A DNA stretch of 64,000 nt from a virus. The DNA lies in IMG/VR virus record IMGVR_UViG_3300008450_000005, positions 1 to 64,000 of that record, one strand, 5' to 3'. Numbering within the stretch: the first letter of the stretch is position 1; each line of letters starts with the position of its first letter. A program made the translations under genes and the position numbers. Below are positions 37,060 to 47,855 of this stretch, in pieces. The notes under the pieces are model-generated. The model saw nothing but the letters and a program-made list of their open reading frames with translations, had not been told where the DNA came from and did not search any database.

Positions 37060-37582
37060 CAAATATAGCCAATATCTTCCGGACAATCCGGAATTAGCCT
37101 ACAATGCCACTGGTGTTAAATTCCAGTCATCTGTAACTTCGCCCTTTAATAAAGAGGACCTGTACACGGATGAAGCAGTAGCATTGGCAAGGTCGGAGAG
37201 CATGGGATGTTCGGGTGCAAGAACTATTTTGGTTTCCAGTACCGGCCAATATAAATATGCGCCATGCTCAGATATTACTACGTATAGAACTATTTCTAAG
37301 CAGCTAACACAGACACAGGAAGAAAGACGTTATTACGCATTCTTCCCAGACGAGAATTTAACCGATATCAAAAATAGCATCAACGACCGTGTTTATTCTG
37401 GATTCGACTATAAAGAGGTCATTCTAAAAAGAAGCATGTCAAATGTTTTCTTCAGAGATCCTGTCAAGGACTCGATCTTAGCTACTTTTAATCGTGTTAT
37501 TTTCGGTGTGATTGAAAGCGTAAAGGAAATAAAAAACTATTTTAATTATACAGTACCAAGAAATAACAAAAGGGTGTTCTAA
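37052..37582 (+). CDS. Hypothetical baseplate-associated protein
   Basis: 176 aa overlapping the gp6-like gene; contains A.ARS..MGCSG...YAPC. Confidence 0.6.
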   Translation: MVNKYSQYLPDNPELAYNATGVKFQSSVTSPFNKEDLYTDEAVALARSESMGCSGARTILVSSTGQYKYAPCSDITTYRTISKQLTQTQEERRYYAFFPDENLTDIKNSINDRVYSGFDYKEVILKRSMSNVFFRDPVKDSILATFNRVIFGVIESVKEIKNYFNYTVPRNNKRVF

Positions 37583-40500
37583 TGTCGAATTCAGTCAATT
37601 TAAACTTAAGATTTTTTGATAAGAGCGGGAGCCCTTTAAATTTCGAATACGTCGGGCCTACCGGATCATTCCCTAGTGTAGACAACTCGTCCTATTTTAT
37701 CACCAGTCTTTCATCGTCCTCACCCGGGCAGATTAATCTTTCTACCCTAGGGTCAGGATATTTTGAAATTAACCATTTCGATAGAAATAGCTATAGTGTG
37801 CTGGCCTGGTCTCAGCGGATTGAAGAGTGGCTAAATTTCGGATCAAGCATCACCGTGGTTTTAGAAGTTCAAGGCGGACAAAGCATTGAAATCTATGTTG
37901 ATTCTATTTCTATATCGGCTAACTACTCTACCCTTAATTTTACCAGATACAATGGTAACCTGATCGTTAGTTCCGATAGAACGGTAACTGTTAAAACCGC
38001 TTATCGTGATGCACCAGGTGGTTATTATACTGGATTTATTTACTTTGACAATGTCAGCGCAGGTCTATTCGAGAACGAGCAGATCTTTATCATCCAGGAA
38101 TTCAAAGACACTTCAGGTAATACTATCTTTGGATATCCACACTCTGGATTAACCGGAACTTCTGAGCCTGTCCAATGGAGAACACGCTGGAATAATAGCT
38201 CGTACGGTAATGTCGATGTAACAGACATTATTTTCACGTATCAGATCACGGAAAGCGACCCTACAATCGGCGGTGATCCTAGTATCAGCAATTACCCCAA
38301 CCTCATCTATACCATTCCCGTTGAGTCTACCGATTCTTTGGCGGATGGATTTGCAGTTACCTCTTATAATCTTGAAGCTCCTATCACAATTAGTGCAGCT
38401 ATCAATTCATCAAACGTAGCTGCAGACGTTTATGAGAGACAGCTTATCATCGAGCAAATAGTTGGTTTGACCGGAGCAGCTCCTCTAAAAATTGCGGAGA
38501 TAAATTTCTACGGACAGATTGAAAGCGAGGATGAAAGATTTTCCACCCTGCTAGAGAATCTGGGAAGAACCCTAACAGCGGATGAAACTATGGTTTTCAG
38601 AGACCATGACCCATCAGAACCCTTGCCTAACTACGTTGAGCTAAACGTGAAGCGTAAGGAGCTTATGGTGGCTGGTGAGCAGATATTCCCATATCTCGGA
38701 TCGTATAAAGGTCTGATCAATGCTCTAAGATTTTTTGGATATCAGGACTTAAGGATCAAAGAATATTGGCTGAACATAGATTACAAGACCAATACAACTC
38801 CTGGGGTATCAGTACTTGAAAATCAGAAATATCTAGACTCTCTTAAAAAGCTTCCATACTCTAATTCTTTCATGATTGATGAAATCATAAACAGCCCTAA
38901 TTCAGGGAAGTTTAGGATGGTTCAAACATATGGCCCGGATCAGGATGGAGTTTATCGATTAGATGTAGCAAATGAGGATACTATCGTTCCCAGCGGAACG
39001 TATAAGAAAACAGCCTTATTCGGACTATACTATGACCTGAATAAGGTAACCAATACAGAAAACGAATTCGGCTATCCGATAGTTGATGACTCTTTCTTAT
39101 TTTCACAGGAGGAAGTTTTAGTTAAACTTTTCTCTCTTAAGCAAATTCTAAAAAACAAGTACCTCCCGATTAATGCGAGAATAATCGATATTACCGGAGA
39201 GGGAATCTATTTTAACGTTTATAACACTAAAAGCTGGTCCGATGTCATGGACCGCTTTGAGATCAACCTAGGAAATGATGTTGATTTCATAGTTAATCCA
39301 GATTTCGGATATCTTGAAGATCTACGAAATTTCGGTGTACGATATTCAACGTCATCTATCCAGATCCCGATGAATTATGGTGCTACTGGAGGATTTGATG
39401 TAACACTAGCCGGATCTACCGGTGGAACTTCTGCTGGCGGGGCTTTAAAATTTAGTGGCTTTTCTGGTAACAATCCAACAATAGAATTGACCCGTGGTAA
39501 AGAATATGAATTTACCAATCTTACTGGTTATGGGCTTTACATTACTACTGAGTCTTCTCTTACACAGGTTGACCCGCTTGGGATCATTTCTAACGGAGCA
39601 ACAGGAGGACAAATTATTCTGAATGTTAACCCACAGGAACAAAACTCACTCTATTATTACCTGGATGTAAATTCGGTTGTACTTAATGGACAGATCAATA
39701 TTGTCAACGCTTCAATTTCTGATCTTGGCAATACCATCCTTCCTTTAGACAGCGGACAACAGTACACGGGAGACCAGAACCTGGCAATGATTCAGGCTAT
39801 CTCTGAATTCTATACTCTTAAACAGAATGGACAGATAGTCGAGTTTATGGATTCCAAATGGGATCCGGAGGCTTATATCAATCCAGACACAGGAGAAAGA
39901 TGGGTGAATCCTGTCGGAATGCCCATAGTTTTTGAATATGACGTTGATCAATGGATGTGGGACGAGATGGACGTAAATTGGAAATCTCTGTATTCACCAT
40001 ATAGTTTAGGACTTACCGGTTCGACACCAACTAATTTCAATTCTATTTTAACTTGGAATAACATTAATTTCGGAAACTGTAACGAGATTGAATGGATCAT
40101 CACAAAAAGCGCAAGCAGTGCAGGAAGTCCTTACTATTTCTCATATCGAGGTTACATAATGGATTTCTATAGACTTGCTCACTTTGTTCCTTATACGGGC
40201 ATCTACGACGTGCAATGCAACGTTTATGATGCCAACAACTCAATCCTAAGAAAGATTGAAAAGCAAGTCTTACAGGTTGCACCCAAACTAATCGATCTTC
40301 AGGCTTGGACAAGATACAGAGAAAACGAATTTTATACCTGGGACTACACCATTAAGGATTGGGATACTTACGAGTCTAAATGGCTTTATCCTGCCGAGGG
40401 TATGACCGAAAAACAATTGGAGCAAAGACTTCCACCCGATCTTTTGGACTTTGCCTTTTATGGTAACAATGCTTCAGAGGGAGAAGAAATAGATGTTGAA

Positions 40501-41649
40501 ATAACATCAGGAGGTCGCGGTGCAACTGGCTCATTCAGCATCTCACAGAACGTATTAACCGTAACTTCTATAGGCGGTCCTAGAATAACAGGGACTCAGT
40601 TTGGATTATGCACAGTAACCACAACAACACCTCATGGACTTTCCAATGGAGATTATGTTTACATCAAAAATTCTATCGAGGTTGTCAACGGAAAGTGGCA
40701 GATAATCTACGATAGCACACTTGCTTCTAATCAATTCAAGATACCAGTAGTACTTTCACCACAAGCTGGAATCCTTGTTACCCTTTCGCAGATCACTGTC
40801 GACACATCTCTTTACCCGAACATGCAAGTTGTAGGTGAAGGGACTATATCGGTATCTGTGAATGGTAGGGTAATTGGTGCTACGGCTGGAGGATCTACGT
40901 TACAATCGACTGCAAATTCTATAGTAACCCAGATAAATTCAGTCATCACACAGCCTGATTTCTTTGCTACGACTTTTAATCCAGCTGCAAATCCTTGCTC
41001 GATTCTAATTTCATCACCATCTACTTCTGGTGCAATCTATAATGGATATCCGCTATCAATAACTGCTACCGGATCTATTCAGGTAGTTTCACAAGATATA
41101 ATTTTAAATGGTGGACAAAACATCGACAACGTGTATGTTCAATGGGACGAAAGCCAGGAGGAACTTCCAAATGCTAATTTGAAGTATTGGGGAACACAAA
41201 ATCTCGTCTGGAAGAATTTCAACGAGGTTACGTGGGACGCAGGATATGCTCATTCGTGGTGGGATTTTGAATACAATAATACTTGGTTGGGAGGATTTGA
41301 AATCCACTCTTCCTTGGTTGGAGATAGTATCAAAGTTGATACAGGAAAACAAACAACTCCGTTTGCTAACGGAGTTACTTTCGTTGGATTTGGTGCTACT
41401 GGGGCAAGCGGGTATTTAACGCTAGGTCAGGTGGCAGATCAACTTAACGCATCTACCGATCCACATATTACCAATTTCTACTATAGAGTTTTCCCGTCCG
41501 GATATGATGACTTTTTGACCATCACCGGACCTAGCAATCGTGTTATCACGAATGTATCATCACCAACAGGTACCTACCCTGCTCCTCCATCAGTTTTGGG
41601 AGCAAATCCAGTACTCTGTGTTGATTTCACTTACGCAACAGGACCATAA
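37582..41649 (+). CDS. Large baseplate/tail structural protein (gp7-like wedge with inserted domains)
   Basis: 1355 aa; GSYKGLINALRFFGY..L.IKEYW resembles wedge proteins; Trp-periodic segments. Confidence 0.6.
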   Translation: MSNSVNLNLRFFDKSGSPLNFEYVGPTGSFPSVDNSSYFITSLSSSSPGQINLSTLGSGYFEINHFDRNSYSVLAWSQRIEEWLNFGSSITVVLEVQGGQSIEIYVDSISISANYSTLNFTRYNGNLIVSSDRTVTVKTAYRDAPGGYYTGFIYFDNVSAGLFENEQIFIIQEFKDTSGNTIFGYPHSGLTGTSEPVQWRTRWNNSSYGNVDVTDIIFTYQITESDPTIGGDPSISNYPNLIYTIPVESTDSLADGFAVTSYNLEAPITISAAINSSNVAADVYERQLIIEQIVGLTGAAPLKIAEINFYGQIESEDERFSTLLENLGRTLTADETMVFRDHDPSEPLPNYVELNVKRKELMVAGEQIFPYLGSYKGLINALRFFGYQDLRIKEYWLNIDYKTNTTPGVSVLENQKYLDSLKKLPYSNSFMIDEIINSPNSGKFRMVQTYGPDQDGVYRLDVANEDTIVPSGTYKKTALFGLYYDLNKVTNTENEFGYPIVDDSFLFSQEEVLVKLFSLKQILKNKYLPINARIIDITGEGIYFNVYNTKSWSDVMDRFEINLGNDVDFIVNPDFGYLEDLRNFGVRYSTSSIQIPMNYGATGGFDVTLAGSTGGTSAGGALKFSGFSGNNPTIELTRGKEYEFTNLTGYGLYITTESSLTQVDPLGIISNGATGGQIILNVNPQEQNSLYYYLDVNSVVLNGQINIVNASISDLGNTILPLDSGQQYTGDQNLAMIQAISEFYTLKQNGQIVEFMDSKWDPEAYINPDTGERWVNPVGMPIVFEYDVDQWMWDEMDVNWKSLYSPYSLGLTGSTPTNFNSILTWNNINFGNCNEIEWIITKSASSAGSPYYFSYRGYIMDFYRLAHFVPYTGIYDVQCNVYDANNSILRKIEKQVLQVAPKLIDLQAWTRYRENEFYTWDYTIKDWDTYESKWLYPAEGMTEKQLEQRLPPDLLDFAFYGNNASEGEEIDVEITSGGRGATGSFSISQNVLTVTSIGGPRITGTQFGLCTVTTTTPHGLSNGDYVYIKNSIEVVNGKWQIIYDSTLASNQFKIPVVLSPQAGILVTLSQITVDTSLYPNMQVVGEGTISVSVNGRVIGATAGGSTLQSTANSIVTQINSVITQPDFFATTFNPAANPCSILISSPSTSGAIYNGYPLSITATGSIQVVSQDIILNGGQNIDNVYVQWDESQEELPNANLKYWGTQNLVWKNFNEVTWDAGYAHSWWDFEYNNTWLGGFEIHSSLVGDSIKVDTGKQTTPFANGVTFVGFGATGASGYLTLGQVADQLNASTDPHITNFYYRVFPSGYDDFLTITGPSNRVITNVSSPTGTYPAPPSVLGANPVLCVDFTYATGP

Positions 41650-41651
41650 TT

Positions 41652-43490
41652 ATGCCAGATCCAATATTGAATATTTTACAGGGAGAGCAGGTTTACTTCG
41701 ATCCAGATTCTACGGTCGGAGCTACCGCATCTTATTCCTGGACGTTTCCGGGTGGAACCCCAGGAAATTCAGCATCACATTACCCTGTGGTGACCTACAA
41801 TAATATTGGCGATTATAATGCAAGTTTAACCGTAACTGATACCTACGGTACCTCAAGAACTTTAACTAAATACCAGATAATTAGTGTAGATAAGAACGTA
41901 CTCACAGTCAATTTCACAGTTCCTGGATCACCGGTTGAAATGAACGAATTGTTCACCATCACCGACACATCCTCACCGGTTCCAACCGATTGGGAATGGG
42001 TATTACCAGGTTTTGCAAATATTGTTGGTGTACAGAACCTAACAAACTATCAATACGGAGACTGGTATGACGCTACAGGCACTTATCTGGGTGATCCCGG
42101 GGCTACTGCTTCAATTCCGATTCAACTGACAGCAGCGACGAACTTCGACATAGGAACGAAGACCCAAAATATGGTTGTTAAAAAATTAGGAGCTGGTCAG
42201 GATGAATTTGATCTTAGCTACGAATGGGTTTCCGTTTACGGTCCAACCGCTTATGTGATGACCTCGTCATTGGGAACAACCGCTGGCGCTCCATTTACAT
42301 TAGGCTCTTACGGTCTTACAGGAAATTCAACTGGATTTATTGTTGTCGTGGATCTGACTGCTATGAGAACTTTGGGCCCGGCAGTACCAGGAACCGGATT
42401 TCAAACGAATAATTATTTCCATTCTAACGAAGAGATTGCCCAATATACCGGACACTTTGGCTATGTTGAATCGACGTCTCCATATCCATTTGGATTAACG
42501 GGATATGTGATTGTAGATTCTTCTGCATACACCACAGCTTTATTTTCCCTTAATACACCGATCACAGCTGGACGCTATATGCTTAAAGACTATGTTCTTG
42601 GTAACAGAGGGGGAATGTTCGCTGACCGTGGTGCATTTCTTAGAACCAAATGGAACGCAGTTTCTTCAGGCGGACGTGCTTGGCCTTTAGCTCTACTGAA
42701 TGAGTTCCTGAATATGGCAGCAAAAGTAAGAATGCTTTCTCGGGACGTTGAAGAACCTTATTTGTCTGTTGGCGGAACGGGAGGAGGATTCCCACCTTTA
42801 CTTTACACGAACATTTTGTCGTCCGTGCACGGTAACTTTACGATTTCAAATTATGGGGTAGTTGCTATTCCTAGCTCAGGATTTATGCTTCCCAGAACAA
42901 ACCCCGCCGGAGACCAATACTTTAAGATTTATATCACTGTACACTGGTCCAATGGTGTTGACCTGGTTCAAACCAATTTTGATGCGTCTGCAGGATTGTC
43001 CGGTAATGACGGATATGGATTTTTTAAAGCCCAGGACGTAGGTCCAAATCTTGGTATTGCATCGGTGTTAAACCAGTCGATAACAAGTTATTTCACACCC
43101 ATCGGTAGTGGTATAATTCCAATTAGGGTTAAAGAAAGCGAAGATTACAATCCTTATTTCGTGTCTACAAATTTTGTCTATGGATTAACGGGATACAATA
43201 ACAGATCTGATTACCACGGTATTCTAATCGAATCAATTGACGCAACAGTTACTAGAATAGAGATCACCGATAATTCATCACTCGTACAATGGACAGTTGT
43301 CGTAGCACCTTCAACCGGTGTAGGACTATCCGGACCTGCTGCATTCCCAAGCGATTGGCTGAATCCATCTAACGCAAGGTTCAGGTATGCTTCATGGCTT
43401 GGTTGCGTAGATGATCAGACCCAGCTTAACCCGATGCCTGGTATCATCCCAGGTCCCAGCGGAGGATGGTATTATGGTGGAAGTTTATAA
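41652..43490 (+). CDS. PKD-domain virion protein
   Basis: SYSWTFPGGTP...PVVTYNNIGDYNASLTVTD is a PKD signature; a second degenerate PKD follows. Confidence 0.75.
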   Translation: MPDPILNILQGEQVYFDPDSTVGATASYSWTFPGGTPGNSASHYPVVTYNNIGDYNASLTVTDTYGTSRTLTKYQIISVDKNVLTVNFTVPGSPVEMNELFTITDTSSPVPTDWEWVLPGFANIVGVQNLTNYQYGDWYDATGTYLGDPGATASIPIQLTAATNFDIGTKTQNMVVKKLGAGQDEFDLSYEWVSVYGPTAYVMTSSLGTTAGAPFTLGSYGLTGNSTGFIVVVDLTAMRTLGPAVPGTGFQTNNYFHSNEEIAQYTGHFGYVESTSPYPFGLTGYVIVDSSAYTTALFSLNTPITAGRYMLKDYVLGNRGGMFADRGAFLRTKWNAVSSGGRAWPLALLNEFLNMAAKVRMLSRDVEEPYLSVGGTGGGFPPLLYTNILSSVHGNFTISNYGVVAIPSSGFMLPRTNPAGDQYFKIYITVHWSNGVDLVQTNFDASAGLSGNDGYGFFKAQDVGPNLGIASVLNQSITSYFTPIGSGIIPIRVKESEDYNPYFVSTNFVYGLTGYNNRSDYHGILIESIDATVTRIEITDNSSLVQWTVVVAPSTGVGLSGPAAFPSDWLNPSNARFRYASWLGCVDDQTQLNPMPGIIPGPSGGWYYGGSL

Positions 43491-43508
43491 TAATGAATAA
43501 ATACAGCA

Positions 43509-46500
43509 ATGCCCGCTAACGATTTAAAGATAACACAGATAAAGCTCGACAACAAGAATAGGGTTTGGGCAGTAGGACAAGATATTTCTTATTTTGATGG
43601 AGATAATTGGACATACCTAAACTATCAAAATTCTGCTCTTCCGAGCAACGATCCATATTATCTAGATACCCGGTGCTTAAGCATTGATGCTGATCAGAGC
43701 AAATGGATTGGATGCGCTAATGGACCATGCATTTCAGATGTTGCGGTCACCAAATTATATGGTCAGGACAATGAAAAATCAGAATCCTGGACATTCACCG
43801 AACTTGGCTTCACCGGAGGATACTATCAATGTCCGGTAATCGAGGCAAGCCCTTATGGATCAGAAGTTCTAGCTTTCATCAATTCTTTGAATGATGGCAT
43901 AGGTGTAACCGGAACAACAGGATTTATTGGAGCCACCGCGGGTAATTTATTAATCTATAACACAGAGGCGAGGGAGTGGAGAAATATTCTGGGAGAAGGT
44001 AATACTATTCCTCGTGTTTATACTATTCAGCCAAGAGGTTTAGATGGATTCTCTTATGAATATTGGATAGGAACATCTAACGGTATCTGGATCCTTAAAG
44101 ATTCTTATTACCAGACAGAAAATTTATACTCGGAAAGTATCTACGTACCTCACGTTAAGGTTCTTACCACTGAGAATTCTGGATTACCAGGAAATCAAAT
44201 TAGAGCAATCGAATTTGATGAAAATGGTAATGTGTGGATAGGCACAGAATCTGGATTTTGCTTCTATGATTTTAACGAATGGCAAGCATGGAACTCATCA
44301 TCATTTACCAATCTTTCGTCTAATCTTATAACTACCATAACTGTTAGACCCAATGGTCATATATTCTTTTCAGCAGGGGAAGGGGAATTGAAGCAGGGAA
44401 CAGGACTTTACCATTTTAATGGATCATTTCTTACCAATTTCGATGTATCAACGGGCGATTTACCAAACGACAACATCATCTCCGCTGAACTGATATCCCA
44501 AAATACACAAAATGATAATTTCAGGAATTACACAAACGATCTCTGGATATCTTGTTATAATGATTTAGTTCAGTTCTCATACGTAATCCCACACGTAAGA
44601 GCTACATCGGATTACGAGGGCGCAACTGGATGGGATTTTGTAGACTATACCAACACAGATTCACTCAGATTACCAAAAGCAAACAAATACACTTGGGATT
44701 ATCCATCGTGGAGCGGGGACGACTTCGATTATTTGATGAGACAGCATCCTGGGACAGATCCTAGATTGCTTTTCGTAAACTCTGATTTAGAATCTATTAT
44801 CACTGGTGAGGTAGGAAATCCTAATTTTTATTCTGCTGGACCAATTCCTTTATCCTCTCAGATCCAAACTGCAGAAGGTCTAACCGGATCTTCTTTCCTC
44901 GTTAGTGCAACAGGAGGAACCGCATACATCACAACATCTACCACCAATAATGGTAATGTAATAGTTGGTGGTTATACTAATGCAGCTGGCGTTTATTTAG
45001 GATATAAGAACGGATCAAACTATGTCCAATTCGCAAACCCGAATCCAACCAACGCAGGATCACCTGTTCCGGCTGGGTCTAATTTGAATGCTGGTTTCTT
45101 GGCTTATTATTCAAAATCGGGACAGCCTTTAGGTGCTATTCCTTTTAGAGGATATTCAACTAAGGTACTTTCGGTTTCCTCTGGATTCAACGACGAATCA
45201 ATCTTCGTAGCTGGAACTTTCCGCAGATATTTGGAAGTTGGCAAATTTGTTTATAATAACGTATATCCGAACGCTGCATCTCTAACAACAACAGGGATCA
45301 CCGGTCCAACCGGAGGACCTATTGGATTGTCTTCTTTATATTACCCAGGTATCACTGGTCCAACCTTTGAGTACCCTTGGATTCTGAATGGAGCAACCGC
45401 ATCAGTGAGTGGTCCATTTATTCCAGACCCTTCCTTGATCTCAAATGATGCAGAGTCATTATTCGTTCTAGAGATTGACCACAATCTTGGATCTAGCATG
45501 AGCTTTGGTGACATCAACTTTGGAGTAACCGGTGGATTTGAAAGATCTTATAAAGTAAAAAACTTTAGATACTTCCCGATTGCTGCAAGCGATTTTGATG
45601 CTACTGGTGTAACTGGAATCTTTGGCTATTTGAATACCGAAAGCATTCATTTGGATGCAGGGAATAAATGGGTCAATGTGGTTCTTGGTGTATCTGGAGG
45701 ATATAGCACTCTAGCAAACCAGTGGGAATTTACTAACGATCTTCCTAATAATAACCCATTTGAATTTTCATCATACTCATCAGGATATCTACAATCTGGC
45801 AGTATGATTCAGCTTGATAGAGATTTGAATCTCTATGATAGCTTCATAACAGCAGGAACTGGTAACACACACTTCAACCAGTCAGTTCAGGATTCATCTT
45901 CAAACACGATTCTGGTAACCGGATCTACAAACCAAAATTTCACATTCGGTAGTACTGGTTCAACTGCAGCTAACAATCTTGGACACGAGCCTTTCTTCTT
46001 CGTAACTGACAGAAATGGAACAGTGACAAGTAAAGGAATCCAGATTGTTAAAAGAGGTTTCTACGATGACGAGAATTATGGCGTCTTTGCTTTCTCACAT
46101 GAAGGATTATATTCTGTAGCTACCATAACTGAACAGAATCCTAATTATTCAATAAACCAAGGATCATATTCAGTTACTGGAGGCACTTCATTCTACGTTC
46201 AAAGATTCACTCCGAATGGAATGATTAAGAAAGAATTTTCTTATCCGATCAATGATTCTTTTGCTTTCTTAGACGAGTCTATCATCACCGAGAGAGATGA
46301 ATACGTTTTGAATATGAAACAGTTTGGATCGACAGGTACAACTGGCTATTACAAAGCTTATAAATTATCTTTATCTGGTACTTTGAATGATACTCTAGAT
46401 TTAACATCCAACCAAATTGAGGTTGCAGGACTATCTCTGGCTTACGATGCAGATTCTAATCTTTACTATAGCATAACTCATTCAGGAGCAACTGGAGCAA

Positions 46501-47123
46501 CCGGAATTGCTTTGCCTTCTTCGGTATCTAAAATACCTTCTGTTTTCAAAATCGCCCAGTATAATCCCCCGATCGGTATCAATTACGGAAACGTTGATTC
46601 CAGATATGGCGAAGGATCCTGGAATTGGTGCGATGTGCACATGAATGGATCTAATTTCAAAATCCCTCTCATGAGCACGGTCTTCATGACAAACTATCCT
46701 TCTGATATCTACGGGAAGAATATGAATACGTGGAGATTGCTCGACTCGAGATCTGGCGATAAGATTTTGGATGTAAGAAAAGTACCTTATTTCATTTATA
46801 CGTTTATCAAGCCTGGTTTCTATACTCTAGAAAATTCTGTAGAGGATGCAAACGGGAACGTCTATGAGATAACCCAGAATGCTTTCATCGAGGTCGTTGA
46901 TCATACCGCTAAAAAAGAAGATGATCCGGATCCGTTTGTAGTAAATTCCTCAGACTACGGCTACACAGTTCCTAAACAAACCCAGGAAGTGAAGATTAAT
47001 GATCTTTCTAAAGATCTATTAGCTGAGCAAATGAGAATATTGAGACAAGCTGGTGAGAATCTTAAAGGATCTCCGTTACTTTTGAAAAACGATCCAGACG
47101 CTACATTTAGACCTATAGATTAA
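43509..47123 (+). CDS. Beta-propeller (Reg_prop-like) virion/tail protein
   Basis: NSGLPGNQIRAIEFDENGNVWIGTESG, NSALPSN...LSIDADQSKWIG, LSSNLITTITVRPNGHIFF, LPNDNI blades. Confidence 0.75.
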   Translation: MPANDLKITQIKLDNKNRVWAVGQDISYFDGDNWTYLNYQNSALPSNDPYYLDTRCLSIDADQSKWIGCANGPCISDVAVTKLYGQDNEKSESWTFTELGFTGGYYQCPVIEASPYGSEVLAFINSLNDGIGVTGTTGFIGATAGNLLIYNTEAREWRNILGEGNTIPRVYTIQPRGLDGFSYEYWIGTSNGIWILKDSYYQTENLYSESIYVPHVKVLTTENSGLPGNQIRAIEFDENGNVWIGTESGFCFYDFNEWQAWNSSSFTNLSSNLITTITVRPNGHIFFSAGEGELKQGTGLYHFNGSFLTNFDVSTGDLPNDNIISAELISQNTQNDNFRNYTNDLWISCYNDLVQFSYVIPHVRATSDYEGATGWDFVDYTNTDSLRLPKANKYTWDYPSWSGDDFDYLMRQHPGTDPRLLFVNSDLESIITGEVGNPNFYSAGPIPLSSQIQTAEGLTGSSFLVSATGGTAYITTSTTNNGNVIVGGYTNAAGVYLGYKNGSNYVQFANPNPTNAGSPVPAGSNLNAGFLAYYSKSGQPLGAIPFRGYSTKVLSVSSGFNDESIFVAGTFRRYLEVGKFVYNNVYPNAASLTTTGITGPTGGPIGLSSLYYPGITGPTFEYPWILNGATASVSGPFIPDPSLISNDAESLFVLEIDHNLGSSMSFGDINFGVTGGFERSYKVKNFRYFPIAASDFDATGVTGIFGYLNTESIHLDAGNKWVNVVLGVSGGYSTLANQWEFTNDLPNNNPFEFSSYSSGYLQSGSMIQLDRDLNLYDSFITAGTGNTHFNQSVQDSSSNTILVTGSTNQNFTFGSTGSTAANNLGHEPFFFVTDRNGTVTSKGIQIVKRGFYDDENYGVFAFSHEGLYSVATITEQNPNYSINQGSYSVTGGTSFYVQRFTPNGMIKKEFSYPINDSFAFLDESIITERDEYVLNMKQFGSTGTTGYYKAYKLSLSGTLNDTLDLTSNQIEVAGLSLAYDADSNLYYSITHSGATGATGIALPSSVSKIPSVFKIAQYNPPIGINYGNVDSRYGEGSWNWCDVHMNGSNFKIPLMSTVFMTNYPSDIYGKNMNTWRLLDSRSGDKILDVRKVPYFIYTFIKPGFYTLENSVEDANGNVYEITQNAFIEVVDHTAKKEDDPDPFVVNSSDYGYTVPKQTQEVKINDLSKDLLAEQMRILRQAGENLKGSPLLLKNDPDATFRPID

Positions 47124-47809
47124 GACCTTTTGGCCATATTTCTATATTTCCAATTTTCGTAACGCTTTACTATCTCTTTGAGGATGTCTGATCTTACAAT
47201 ATCAGCGTCAGTGAAAACCACTTCCGATACGCCTTCGATATCTTTAACCAGATCGATAAATTCGGGGAGTGCAACTTTTTCATAAGAAATATCATGCTGA
47301 GTCACGTCGCCTGCAATAACCATTTTAGAATTTTTTCCAAGACGTGAAGTGTAAAGCATTAACTGCTTCATGTCACAGTTTTGGGCTTCATCTAAAATCA
47401 TAATGCAGTCATCAAATGTCGATCCACGCATATAAGCCAATGGTCTGAATTCAATAATTCCCTCTCTTAAAAGCTGGAGAACTTTTTCTTTTGGAATAAT
47501 TTTTTCGATGGTTGAAACGAAAGAATCCATGAAAGGAGCAATCTTTTCATTTACGTCACCAGGCAAGCTTCCTAACTTTTCTCCAGACTCCTGAATGGGT
47601 TTTGTTAGAATTATTTTCTTCACCTGACCTTTGGCTAAAAGCTTCAAAGCTGAATAGCAGGCTGAAAAAGTTTTAGAACTACCGGCAGGACCCCAACAGA
47701 AAGTAATAATATTTTCTAAGATTGATTGGGAATATTTGTGCTGGTTTTTACTAAGAGAAATGTCAAAGAAATCTTTCTGAGACACGCGGATTTTTGAATT
47801 TGTCGTCAT
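47120..47809 (-). CDS. phoH: PhoH family ATPase
   Basis: GPAGSSKT, GEKLGSLPGD, PLAYMRGSTF, ILDEAQN, GDVTQHD, DIVRS; ATG at 47809 avoids overlap with the divergent gene. Confidence 0.95.
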   Translation of the reverse strand: MTTNSKIRVSQKDFFDISLSKNQHKYSQSILENIITFCWGPAGSSKTFSACYSALKLLAKGQVKKIILTKPIQESGEKLGSLPGDVNEKIAPFMDSFVSTIEKIIPKEKVLQLLREGIIEFRPLAYMRGSTFDDCIMILDEAQNCDMKQLMLYTSRLGKNSKMVIAGDVTQHDISYEKVALPEFIDLVKDIEGVSEVVFTDADIVRSDILKEIVKRYENWKYRNMAKRS

Positions 47810-47819
47810 ATATGAACTC

Positions 47820-47830
47820 GATATATATTC
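47820..47830. promoter_or_regulatory. Putative bidirectional late promoter GATATATATTC
   Basis: GATATATA on + and AATATATA on - within the 46-nt divergent gap. Confidence 0.55.
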
Positions 47831-47855
47831 AACAGCTGAAATAAGAAAAAAAACT

